Sequence record: MK250029.1
DNA length: 64,000 nt
Reading direction: 5' to 3' (one strand)
This document shows positions 29,253-43,200 of this stretch, in pieces. Each line of letters opens with the position of its first letter. The first letter of the stretch is position 1. A program made the translations under genes and the position numbers. The notes below the pieces were generated by a model. That model saw only the letters and a list, made by a program, of their open reading frames with translations, was not told the origin of the DNA and ran no database searches.

Positions 29253-29852
29253 ATGAAGAAAAAAGTGATATTAAAGAAAATTTTATTATTTACGCTATTG
29301 TTTTTATTACCTTTCATATCAATAAATGCTGCAACTATTGATAGTAATAATAATGCGTATGGAGAAGTAAATGCAAAGACAACAGTAGTTAAACATACAA
29401 AGTCTAGTATTGAAAATTCGTTAGTTGATGAGGCTAGAACATATATCAAGTCGTTATATCCTGGTTGTCCAGATATAATTCCTAGTTATATTGTAAAAGC
29501 AGGTTTAGCAAATAATATTGATATTTGTTTTATGCTTGCTCAAACACAGTTAGAAACTACCTTTGGCAAGGCAGGTGTAGGAAGAACGTGTTCAAGACGT
29601 TCATTATTTGGTATCGAGAAAAGATACTATAAAACATATAAAGAAGCGATTAATGCGTATGTAGACGTATTGACTTCAAATTATTTAGTAAATGGCCGTA
29701 CAGAACAACATTTATTAAATAATTATGTTAATAAAAACGGTCATCGTTATGCTGGTAATCCTAAGTATGAATATCAACTTAAGAAACATTATAATACAAT
29801 TGCATCTACAACAAAAATAAAGCAATTGCAACGCCAGTACAAGAGATTATAA
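29253..29852 (+). CDS. GH73 glucosaminidase/FlgJ-like peptidoglycan hydrolase with an N-terminal signal or anchor
   Basis: Basic then hydrophobic N-terminus, LAQTQLETTFG (putative catalytic Glu), SLFGI, RYAGNPKY (YATDPxY-like). Confidence 0.75.
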   Translation: MKKKVILKKILLFTLLFLLPFISINAATIDSNNNAYGEVNAKTTVVKHTKSSIENSLVDEARTYIKSLYPGCPDIIPSYIVKAGLANNIDICFMLAQTQLETTFGKAGVGRTCSRRSLFGIEKRYYKTYKEAINAYVDVLTSNYLVNGRTEQHLLNNYVNKNGHRYAGNPKYEYQLKKHYNTIASTTKIKQLQRQYKRL

Positions 29853-29986
29853 TTTCGAGTAATCTCAAATCTTCTCGCAAATCAATTTATATACATATTA
29901 AATATTAGTTATATTATGGGGATCTATGTTATGTTTACATGGATCCCCATTTTTAATAAATATAATAAAGAATTTTTATTAAACAT

Positions 29987-30604
29987 ATGGCTTTATATTT
30001 AAACAATGCACAATATGGATCAAGTAATCAATCTTCTCAAGATACACTAATACATAGTTATAATAAATCATTTTTTTCTGATTATAATCAAGCAAAGTCA
30101 ATATTATTATAGAAAGTTATGAAACCAGGTGAAGTAACATTTGCATATTATTATGATCCAAAAACACCTTATGGATAGAATACTATTTTTGCAGTTGGAC
30201 CATTATCTGCTGCAGGTTGTAATACTATATTTAAAAATGCTGATGAAATTGACAGTGTAAAAGATGTATTAGATGAAACTATTGCAGATATAAATGCAAG
30301 TGTATCTAATATGGAAACTAAAGTTGATGGAATAATTAAAGAAAAGAATCCATTATTAGAAAAAATAGAGAAAAATATTAATGATATGGATCAATTAAAA
30401 GGAAGCGTAAAAGATATAAATACATCTATATCAAATATTATTAAAAATATTGACAATATTAAAGTACAAACTGATACAACTGGAGGAACTATTATATAGA
30501 ACAAATTTGATCAAATAAGTAGTCAACTTTTAAATATAAGTGAGCACTTATTAAAAATAGATTCGTCTATTAATAATATTGAAACTAAAATTGCTGGAAA
30601 TTAA
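29987..30604 (+). CDS. Fibre-family paralog 1 (205 aa, TAG=Gln)
   Basis: N-domain MKPGEVTFAYYYD...TIFAVG shared with the next three genes, then coiled coil. Confidence 0.8.
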
Positions 30605-30814
30605 ACATATCATGATTAATTATTAAATTTATTTCTATATAAAAATTCATTAAGTTAATAATAAAAATTAAAAAATATATTACAGTATGTAATAAAAGTT
30701 AATTATTAAATTAGATAATTTTATCATTTAAATTATATAATTAAGAGAGATACAATTGAGATTTGTATCTCTCTTCTTTTTTAATAAATATAAAAAGAAT
30801 TTTAATGAATATAA

Positions 30815-33800
30815 ATGGATAAGAAATGTTCTCAACTCATTATAGGTCAATCAATAATTCATAGTTTTAACCCTAAACCGTTTAAAAATATGGATACTGC
30901 TATTTATGCTCTTAATAACAAAGAATTAAGAGCCGGAGAAATTGCTATAGCATATTATAATGACCCTACTGAAACAAGAGGAATTGGAGCTATTGTAGCA
31001 ACTGGTAATATTCTACCTGGAGGAAATCAAATATTCAAGAATACAGCATATACAGATAAACTTATAAAAAACGTTAAAGAATTAATCGAATCTAATTCAG
31101 TTGATATAAGTGTAATAGAAGAAAACGTAAATAATAATATTGCAGATATTGCTGTTTTAAAAACATAGTTAAAAAAATTAACAGCAGATACAAATAATAA
31201 TAATTCTTCAATAGATGATAAATTAAAAGAAATCAATATCATTATTGATAATATGAAAAAGGATGTTTCAAATATTATCGATAATATTAATAAAATTGTT
31301 GCTGATGCTTCAAAATCTATTGTTGATACAGCAGCTTCTGTTTCCAAAGATTATTTAGCAGCAGATACTTCATTAAAAAACTATGTTGATAATGAAAACA
31401 TAAAAATTAATCAAAAAATTGATAATATTTCATCAAATTTTTATACAAAAGTCGAGGAAATTAGTACCAAAATAAATTCCAATACAAGTATACTTGAAGA
31501 TATTATTTATGATACATCAAGATTAATTTATAATGATATTTCAACATTAAATAATAAGATAAATGTTTATAATACAAGTTTAAATACATCTTTATCATTT
31601 AATGTTTCTACACTTAATTCTCGTATTGATTATAATAAAAATTATGTTGATACACGTGAATCTCTTATTAGAAAATATGTTGATTCTAAAGATGAACAAA
31701 TAAACTGGAATATTAATGATACATCAAAACATATTCATTATCGTATTGATGAAGAAGTTCATAAACTTAATGATAGAATAACACAGGAACATATTGATAT
31801 GAATAGAGTTATTGCTGATAATAAAACAGAAGCAAAGCGCTATGCAGATCAAATGTTAACAGAAGCAAAATCATATACAGATGAAGTAGAAGAATATACT
31901 AAAGCTTCTATTAAACAAGCAGAACTTGATTCAAAGAAATATACAGATGATGAAATATCAAATTTAGATAATGAATTATCAGAATCTATTCATAATACAA
32001 GTTTATATGCAAAAGAATGTTATGATGATGTAAAAAAACATCTTAAATTACAAAATGCATCATTAATTACATATGTAAATGATGAAATCAGAATGTGTGA
32101 TGAACGAGTTACTGATAGAGTAAATGCAGTAAAAACACAAGTAGATTCTACAAAAACTCAGTTGAATACGTCTATTAATAAAGTATATGAAAATGCATTA
32201 AAATATACTAATGATACTAAGAGTGAGATATTAAAACATATATTAATTAATGATATTAAAGTAAGAGAAGATTTTGCAAAAGCTGATGCTGTATTAGATA
32301 AAAAAATTGATGATACTTCTAAATTATTAGGTGATTATGTTGATAATACTTCAAATGCTATTGTTGACCATATTAAAGATACATCAAAGTTAATATGGAA
32401 TTATGTTGATAATACATCTAATGATATTGTTTCATATATTAATAATACGTCTAATGATATTGTAAAATATATTGATAATACATCTGATGCTATTGTTGCA
32501 TATATAGATAAGCAAGATAATGCATAGAAAGATTATACAGATGCAAAGAAAAAAGAAATAATTAATTTTGTTGAAGACCTTTCTAATAATTTTAAAACTT
32601 ATATTGATACCAGAGATAATGCAACATTAAGTGATGCAAAGATTTATACAAATGGAGAAATTCAAAAAGTTAATAATACAATAACAACACTTGATGAAAA
32701 AGTAGAAGATTATAATAGAAATACACATGAATTAATTACAAATGTTTCAAATGGAATTATCAATGATTATAAAACAGAAATTAAAAATGTAATTGATGAT
32801 GTTTCACGTAATGATACATGGTTATATAATCATATTGAGAAATATAATACAGATCTTTCTGGTACAATTAATACTAATAATCAAACAGTAACAAAATTAC
32901 TCAATGACGTTTCTGATGGTCTTTACCAAAAAATTGAGGATACATCAGATTATTTAGAAGGAGTTATTAATGCATTAGAAACAAAACATAATGATGAAGT
33001 AAAGATAACAAATACTTCTATTATGAATTTTGTTAATTCTTATAATTCAAGTACTGCTACTGCTATTAATGCTCTTAATACAAGTATTAATGATTATTGG
33101 AAAAATATAACAGATACAATTAATACAAATTTAGGAAATGTAAGTACAGGTGTTTTAGGAAAGATTAATACTATATAGAAAGATTTATCTACATATATTT
33201 AGACAGCTGAAAGTACATTAAATTCATTATATAAAAATGCAGATTCCAGCCTTCTTGGATATATAAATAATCAAGATACAAAACTTCAAAATAACATTGA
33301 TGATATTTCTACAAAGATTGTTAATAAGTTTAATACTAAATGTGAAGAATTAAGTAATTTAATTAACACTACCACAACTAATTTAAATTCATCAATTAAT
33401 AGTGTTCATGATACATTATTCCAGAAAATAGAAAATACATCTACAAAGATTGTTGATGCATTAAATATATCAATATCTAATATTAATATTAAATTAGGTT
33501 AGGATAAATCTGAATTAATAACAAAGATTGATGATATTTCTACAAAGATTGTTGATGCATTAAATGTTTCTATTAATAGTATTAATAAGTTACTAAAAGA
33601 AAAAGATGTATAGTTAGATGCAAAGATTGATACTACATACACCAAAATTATTGGAGAGATGAATGCATCTGATGGTATTTTAAATAAACGTATAACCGAT
33701 CTTGAAACAAAACATGTTAATGAATTAAAGCAAAAAGAAGAAGATCTTACAACATTAATTACTAACACAAAAACAGAATTATCTGATCAACATACAAGAG

Positions 33801-35428
33801 ATAGAGATGCTATTATTACAAAGTATGATAAATTAACATCTGATAATACTACTGCAATTAATAATGTTAAAAAAGATTTTGAAACTGCAGATGAAGCAAT
33901 TCATACAAAATATGATAAGTTATGTAAAGATAATAAAGATGAGTTAATAAGAAAAATTGATGATATTTCTATAAAGATTGTTAGTGCATTTAATACATCT
34001 ATTAGTAATGTATATGATGAATTAAAGCAAGCAGATAGTAATATAGATATTAAATATAAAGGAATTACAGATGATATTATTAAAGATTTTAATACATCAA
34101 TTGGTAAAGTATACAAAGAATTAAAACAAGCAGATAGTGATTTATTAAAAAAGATTAATGATGCAAGCAATTTAATTCCAAAAGCATAGGATGGTGCTGT
34201 TACAACATATGAAGCATTGAAATATGTATGGAGTGACGGTAATAATGCTTCTGATAAATGTGTTGTAGGTGCAGGATAGACAAATGTTGTTGTAAAAGAT
34301 AATAAAGTTCAATTTGTTTTAGGTGCATGGAATAATGGAACAACAAAGCTTCGTTATACAGAAATTCCAGAAACAACTACAACAAATAACGGTCTTTTAT
34401 CTATTGATTCTAAATAGAAATATGATAATTATGCAAATGAGATTCAAACTATTAATCAAACTATTACTGAAGTTAAATAGAATTTAAGAACAGAAACAAC
34501 TACACGTTAGACTGAAGATAATAAGTTACAAACTAGTATTAATACGATTAATGACAAAACAATTCCAGAATTGCATACAACTATTACAACAGAAGTTAAC
34601 AATAAATATGATCCTAAAATTAGTGAAATTAAAGGTAAAATAACAAGTGAATCTACTACATTACAAGGTAATATAGATAATCTTAAAACAACATTACAAA
34701 CTGATTATGATACTAAATTAAGTGTATTGAATACTTCTATTAATAATAAAGTATATAAAGCATTAAATGATAAAATTACAGATGAAATAAGTACTGTAAA
34801 TACAAATTATAAAGCAGAAGATAAACGTTTACAAGGTGAAATAGATAAGATTAATAATACTACCATTGATAAAAAAGTTAATGATCTTAAAACGACATTA
34901 GAAGGTAAGTATGATCCAGAAATAAAGGCAATTAAACAAACTATTTCTGATAATCAGTCTGATATTATTGATAAAAAGTTACCAAGTTTAAAGAAGGATA
35001 TTGAAACTGTTTATAATAAGAAAATAAATGATGAAACAAATGCACGTAAAGAAACAGATTCATTGTTAAAAACGGATATTGAACTATTAACGAAGTCTGT
35101 TAATACTATAAATAATCTTATAGGAACAGTAGATAAAGATAATAACAAAAATATTATCGAGATGTTTAAAGATGTAAATCAATCTATTACAGATATTAAA
35201 CAATCTATTGCTTAGTTAGATACTCGTATAACATCACTTGAAGCAACAGGTACAACACATCCTGATATTGAAAATAGGCTTAAAGTTCTCGAATCTAAAT
35301 ATAATTAGATAACAACAATGTCTAGTGATATTACTGATATTAAAGCAAAACTTAATAATATCAATGCTGATCACGAAAACTTATATAATGGTGTAAAAAC
35401 TTATAATGAATCATTAAACTATGATTAA
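30815..35428 (+). CDS. Fibre-family paralog 2 (1537 aa, TAG=Gln)
   Basis: LRAGEIAIAYYND...AIVATG N-domain; ORF-track fragments all in one frame; 11-aa NTS repeats. Confidence 0.85.
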
Positions 35429-35515
35429 ATAAATATAATGGTGATATAGAAATGAAAAGCTATATCACCATTTATTGTTTTTAGATAAATATAAAAAATA
35501 TAGATTTTAATATAT

Positions 35516-37180
35516 ATGAATGTTTATGATTTACCTCCTCGCAGACCAGGAGTAAACACATGTCACCCATGTCCACCTCCACCACCAATGCCTCCACATT
35601 GTGGTCCTCATCATGGTCCATGTCATGATCCATTCCATGATCCTTGTTGTGAACCTCCACATCATTGTCATCCACCATATTAGATAATTAATCATTATAA
35701 TAAAGTATGTTTTAAAAATTATGATGAAGCAGTTAGTAAATTAAAAGTAAAGAATTTACTTCCTGGTGAAATGGCATTTGCTTATTATTTTGATAAAACA
35801 GCAGATTATGGAATTAATGCTATTGCTGCAGTTGGCTCAATTAAATTAGGTGGAACAAATATTATCTATGATAATGCAGATAAAGTTCAACAACTTATGG
35901 ATAAATTATAGGATACAGTTTCTGCAAATAATGAGAAATTTGATTCTATTAAAACCAAATTAGATATGTTGGATGATATTTCTACAAAATTAGATAATAT
36001 CATTAAAAATGATTCATCTAATTCATCTGCTATTACAGGTTCGCTTGATAACATTAAAAAAGATATAGAAAATCTTAAAGATTCTGATACTTCTATATTC
36101 GAAAGACTTGATACTATTGATTCTCAAGTAAACCAGATTGGCGAATATTTAGAAACTCATGAAGAATTTGCACAGGCATTGGATGCATCTGTAAAGAAAC
36201 TTCGTGATGATGTAGATAATCTCGGACTTGATGGAAAACTTAATGAGTTAGATTAGAAGATTGAGCAAACAAAGCAAGACATCCTTACATAGGCTACAGC
36301 AGATCATGCTAAACTTAAATCAGACTTTGAAAAGCAAATCAATGATTTATCTACTAATTACTCAAGTAGTCTTGACGATCTTAAAGTTGCAATCACTGCA
36401 GAAATTGAAGCTGCAACAACTCCTTTAAAAAATGATATTTATGATTTATAGGTAAAAGACGGTGTATTAGATAAGAAAATTGATGATACAAAAGTTGAAG
36501 CTGTTACAGAATCTAAACAATATACAGATCAAAAAATTGAAGCTACAATGCAAGATATTAATACTTCATTAACAAAAATGAAGAATGATATTCATGATTT
36601 ATCAGATCTTATTACAGAATCAAAAACTAATGCAACTACTGCACATCAAGAATTAAAAAATTATATTGATGAAATTAAAGCAAATATTACCAGTGAAAAT
36701 ACAACATTTAAAGGTGAGGTTACTGCAGAACTTAATTCTCAAAAGCAATATTTGAAAGATTCCATAGAAGGATTTAAGAGTGAATATACTGTATCAACAA
36801 ATGATTCTATATAGAGAGAATGTGGAAAAGTATAGGCAAAACTTGAAGAGTTTATTAATACAGCAAATACAAAATATTCTGCAATTGAAGCAAAAATTTC
36901 AACGATTAACCAAAATTTTGATTCATATAAAACAGAAGTAAACGGTCAAGTTGATAATAAGATTGCTAAGTTAAATACAGATATGAGAAACTATCTTGAT
37001 GATGCAATTTCTAAGGATAGAATTCATTATGATGAAATATATGCACGTAAAGATGAAATGCATAAACAAATAAGTGGTGGTAAAGGTATTGTTATTGAAA
37101 ATGGAGTAGCAAACCTTACTATTGATGATAATGGTATTTTAACAATTGGTGGTAAACGTTATCAGTTAACACAGATTTAA
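35516..37180 (+). CDS. Fibre-family paralog 3 (554 aa, TAG=Gln) with a Pro/His/Cys-rich N-terminus
   Basis: LLPGEMAFAYYFD...AIAAVG N-domain after the P/H/C-rich leader; fragments in frame to TAA 37180. Confidence 0.85.
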
Positions 37181-37203
37181 TATTTTATTAAATAAACAAT
37201 TAT

Positions 37204-37240
37204 AAAGAGACTATTTTTCACGAATAGTCTCTTTCTTTTT
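37204..37240 (+). terminator. Intrinsic terminator followed directly by a late-promoter-like box
   Basis: AAAGAGACTATT/AATAGTCTCTTT plus T tract, then AATAAATATAAAAAG. Confidence 0.75.
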
Positions 37241-37279
37241 AATAATAAATATAAAAAGAAATTTTAAACAAATATAAAC

Positions 37280-40200
37280 ATGGCAGGATTTATGGATAAT
37301 AACAAATATGGTCATCATAATGTTCCACCTGTTGGCCTTAATGGATTTAATAAGATATGTTTCACTGATTAGAAAGAAGCAGAAAATATGTTGTTAAATA
37401 AGGCATTGTTACCAGGTTAGCTTACATTTGCATACTATTATGATAATGATTCAGCTAATGGTGTTAATGTCATGGCAGCAGTAGGTACATTAAAAGGTGA
37501 GAAAGACAATCATATTTTTGTTAGTTATGAAACTATAAATTAGTTAATTGACTCTATAGATGATTCTTTGGATGATTATGATACTAGCTTAATATATATT
37601 CGTAAGGAAGTTATGAATAAACTTTCTGTTTTAGAAGATGAATAGACTAAATTATCAAATAAGGTTGATAACATCTTACCAGATATACAACAAAAGTTAG
37701 AATCATTAGAATCAGCAGGAAAAGAATATACAGATACAAAAGTTAATGAATTATCTGAATATATTAATTCTTCTGTGATGGAAAAGATTAATAATTATGA
37801 AGGTACAATGTCTGATATGATATTAGATGCATCTTCTAAATTAGATAACATGCAGAAGGAATTTGAATCAAAAGCAGAGGAAATTCTTAATAGAAGTGAA
37901 GATATATATAATACTCTTGATGTTTCTCTTCGTAATTATGTTGATAATGAAATGTTAGGAATGCAGCAGTTCGTTCATTCTGAAACAACACAAGCAGTTA
38001 TTGACATGAATGCAAAATATGCTGTTTTGAAAAAAGCAGTTGCATCTATAAATGCGTCAGTTAATGATGTAGATATTAAACATAACAAAAAGGAAACAGA
38101 ATTAAATAGAACTATTGTTGAAACAGCAACACAATTAACAGAAGATTTACAGGTTGCTAATGTTTCACTTATTAATTATATTAATCAATAGTCAGAATTA
38201 TTTAATAAAAGAATCGATAAAAAGATTGATGAACTTGAATTTAATGTAAAATCTAAAAATATTGATTTAACAAATACGGTAGAAGAATATCAGCATAATA
38301 TTAAAAACGATATTGCAGTATTCAATACATCTATTAGAACTTTTGTTAAATCAAGTCTTGCCACAGTTTAGACAGATGTAAATTCAAAGTATTCAGAATT
38401 AAAAACATATGTTACATCAAATGATGCATCTTTATTAAATTATGTTAATGCACTTGAAGTTGCATAGAGAACATATATCAATAAGCATGATTCTGAAATT
38501 AAATCTTGGATTGCAACTGCTAATACTTCTTTATTTAATATTGTACGTTCAACTGATAGTAAGTTAAAGGATGATATTGATGCAATAGATTCACGTCATC
38601 AGGCAATGTATCGTTCAGTAGAATCAAGACTCGATAACCTTATTGATGATATTTCAACAGATCTTAATATCCTTGTTAATGAATATAATAAGGAAATTAA
38701 AAACTTTACACGTAAACATGTAAGCGATCTTGAAAATCAACTTAAAGTTCAAAATGTAAGTCTTGTAAATTATATTGACGATAAAGCACAGGAAGGGGTT
38801 AATGAAACTCGTTTACTCAATGCATCTCTTCGCACACAATTAAAGAATACCATTAATTTACTTAATACAAGTATTAATAATTCAATTCAATATACAGACG
38901 ATGAAATTTCTAATTTGAAAACATATGTTGATAATGAAAATTCATCTATTATAACTTATGTTGATAATCAAGATTCAAAAGTTAAGTTATATGCAGAATT
39001 AAAAGATAAAGAAGTAAAAAATTATATTGATGAATTAGAAGAACAACTTAAGAAATATTCTAATGAAGGTGATTCTTCCGTTGTTAATTATATTAAATTA
39101 ACAAAAGAGAATATTGAAGAATTTGTTAAAAAGCAGGATGAAGATACATTAAAGAAAGCATATATTCATGATGATGAAATCAGAAATAATATGATTGCAG
39201 ACTATAATGCATTTGTTCGTAAGCAAAAAGATATTGATGCATCTTTATTAAATTATGTTAAAAATACAGATACTTCATTATTTAATTATATTAAGAATAG
39301 AGATGAACAAATAAAGAGATGGATTGCTATTGGTGATACTTCAATTTATAATTATTTCAAGTCTATTAATACATCATTATTTAATTATGTAACAAAGAAA
39401 GATACAGATTTACAGAATACTATTGTAAATACAGGTACAAAGTTACAAAATGATATGGAAGTATTCAAGACAAATGTTAATTCAAAGATTGATTCTGCGA
39501 ATATTAATCTTGATAATAAGATGAATTCTTATAATACTTCAATGATGTCTTATATACAGTCTAATGATGTTTCTATTATAAGTGCTGTTAACAGTAAAGA
39601 TCATGATCTTGAAACAAAATTGAATAATGAAATTTCTAAAGTAAAAACACAATTAGAAACACAGGATTCATCAATTTTGAATTATGTATTAAATGCTGAT
39701 TCATCTATTAAGAATAATATTGCTATTATTAACGATACAATTAATAATGAACTTAAAATTGATATTAAGAAACTTAATACAAAAGTTGATGTAACAGAAT
39801 CTTCTATTGTTAATTATATCAATACTAATGATCATAAATTAGGTTCTTATATTGATGCAGAAATTACTAAAGCTACAAATAATTGTAAAGCAAATGATTC
39901 TTCTGTTGTTAATTTTATTAAGAAAGAAGATTCATCTATTGTTAATTATGTTAATGGTACAGTTAAGTAGGATTTACTTAATATGATTAATGATACAAAT
40001 ACATCAATTATTAATTATGTTGCTGCGAATTCTTCATTATTTAATTATATAACAAATAATGATACATTACTTAAAGCACTTATTGAAAGTAAAGATGGTT
40101 CTATTCTTAATTCATTAACATCTGCAGATGCTTCAATTATTAATTTAATAGAAAAATACAATACAGAATTAACAAATAAAATTAATTCAAATGATTCTTC

Positions 40201-43200
40201 TATTAATTCAAAAGTTGATAAGTTCAATACTTCTACATTTAGTCATTTTACATTACAAGATGCGAATATTCAAGCTAAATCTGATTTAGCAGATACATCT
40301 ATTGTAAGCTATGTAGACTCACAACTTTCTGGATTTAATACAAGTATTAATCAATCAGTTTCAAATATTAATAATAAGATTGATTCTGTAAAGACTGATC
40401 TTGAAAATACTATAGAAACAAATAATACTTCTATTGTTAATTATGTTAAAGCGCATGATGCTGATATTGAAAACATGATTATAACAAATAAGGAAGTTTA
40501 TAACTATATTAATACACAAGATACATCTATTGTTAATTTTATTAAGAAACAAGAATCAGAACTTGATAATAAAATTGATATTGTAAACAGTAACCTTAAT
40601 AATAAATTAGATACACAGAATGCAGAAATACGTCAGGAAGTTATCGATAAGGCAAATGAGGTTTATTATACATTATCAAATAAGATAACAGATTTAAGTA
40701 ATACTGTACAGGATAATGATACTTCTATTCTTAATTATGTTAAAGCATCTGATACTGATTTAAATAATAACTTATTACAGTTAGATACTAAACTTCATAA
40801 TGAATTAGACAATAATAAGACAGAATTAAATAACACTATTAATTCAGCTATTACAGATTATGAAAATAAGAGAACTGATTTTGAAACTAATGTTAATAAT
40901 GCTATAAGCGAATTTAAAACAGATGTTTCAACAAAATTCTCTTCATTCAATACAAAGCTTCATAACGAAATGAATGAGTTAATATCTAATGTTAATACAA
41001 GTATTAATGTTACAAATTCATCTACTATTAATTATCTTGAAAATGAAATTTCTAAAATTGATAATAAAGTTAATAATTAGAATTCTTCATTATCAGTTGC
41101 ATTTGAAAATTATAAAACAGCAACAGATACAATTCTTAATAATAAATTAGAAACAGTTAAATCAGATCTTGATAATACAATAAAAGATAAATTCACTGAA
41201 GTTGATATTACTCTTGACAAAGCAAAGACTGAATTAATTGCAACTAATGAAATATTTAAGAATGAAATTAATAATAGTATTATTAATTTAAATACAGAAG
41301 TTGACAATAAATTAAATGATTTCAAATCATATGTTGATTCAGAAAATATCAGTCAGGATATTAAAAACGAAACACGTTATAATACTTTAAAGAATGATAT
41401 TTCAACATTAGATAATCAAGTAAATACTCGTATTACTACACATGAAAAATTATGTGCTGCTGATATTGAAAATGCAAAAATTGAAATCAATAATAAGGTT
41501 AATACTGTTAATTCATCATTAGTAAGTTATATTGATAAGAATGATACTGAGATTAAACAGGAATTTGCAAATAGATTAGCTAATTTAACAAATTATGTTA
41601 ATACACAAGATGCTACATTAGATAGAAAGATTGATAAAGTTAATCATGATTTAACTGAAACAATTACAGATGTAGATTTACGTGCAACTACCGGTATTAA
41701 TAATCTTAGAACTGATATGAATTATGAGGTAGATAGATTAGATAATAAGATCGATGCCACAGAAAGAAGTATCAGAACTGATTTTGAAACAGCAGATAAT
41801 GCATTACGAGACGAAATAAAAAAGGTAGATCATGATATTCGTCAAGATATGACAACAAAGGATGATGATTTACAATAGCAAATATCAGACGCTAGTAAAG
41901 ATCTTAAACAATTTGTTATTGATTCATCTAATATGATTACAAAACATATTGCTAATGTTTCTTCTGATATTCATGATGTTATTTCCGATACATCTGCATT
42001 AATTTGGGGTTATATTGATAATACATCTAATGCTATTGTTGATTATGTTAAAATATCTGATACATCACTTAAAAATTATTCTGATATAGAAGATAATAAA
42101 TTAAAATTAAGAATTGAAAATGTTTCTTCTAAATTGATAGATGTAAGTAATGCATTAGATAAACTTATGGGTACTGGTGATGTTACTACAGCTATAGATA
42201 CATTTAAGGAAATTGAAGAATTCTTAAAAGCATACAGTAATAAAGATTCATTATCAGCATTATTAAAAACTAATTCAGATACTGATAAAGCATATGCTGA
42301 TACTATCTTACAACATTTTAAAGAATATATAGAGAATTATATATTAGATGGTTCTACTGATATTATCAATAAGATATATAATACATCAAATGATATTGTT
42401 CATTTTATTTAGGATGTTTCTAATAAATTTAAGTCTTATATTGATATTCAAGACGGAAAATTAGATGGAAAAATTACTACATTAAGAACAGATCTTGATA
42501 CTACAAATAGTAATATTACTGATTTAAAAGAATATGTTGATAATCAGGATGCAGCAATAAACAGAAAGATTACAATTTTATCAAATACAGTAGATCAAAA
42601 TAAGACAGATATTAATCAGAAAGTTGATTTATTGAAAGATTATGTTAATAATGATGTTTCTAATAAGATTGTTGCGTATGTAAATAATGTTTCTAATAAC
42701 ATTGTTAAATATATTGATAATACATCTAATAAAATTGTTGCATATGTAAATAATGCTTCTAATAAGATTGTAACTAAATTTGAAACAGAAGTAGGAAGAT
42801 TAGATACTCGTATTAATAATACTTCTGACTATATTGTTCATTATTTAAATGATACATCAGATGCTATTGTTGAATATATCACAACAAGATCAAATACTCT
42901 TAATACTAAAATTGATGATGTTTCTGATTATATTGTTCACCAATTTAATGATGTTTCAGACGGTTTATATAAGTTAATAACACTTAAGTATAATAATTTA
43001 TCATCTTCTATTGGAGACACGATTAAGAAACATAATGAAGATATATAGAATGTTCAACGATATGTTAATCAATAGATTGCAGATACAACTGATACATTAA
43101 GACAAGAAATTAAAGTTGTATAGGATAATGTAACTGCAGTAGATAGAAAATATAATGAAAAGTTTGTTACTTTATATAATAAAGATCTTAAAGATGTTAA

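Noticed and set aside
38600-43000. Glycosylation sequons (N-x-S/T, D-S/T) in the fibre repeats
   Set aside because: Bacteroidota protein glycosylation is periplasmic while virions assemble in the cytoplasm; the motif is better explained as polar coiled-coil core layers
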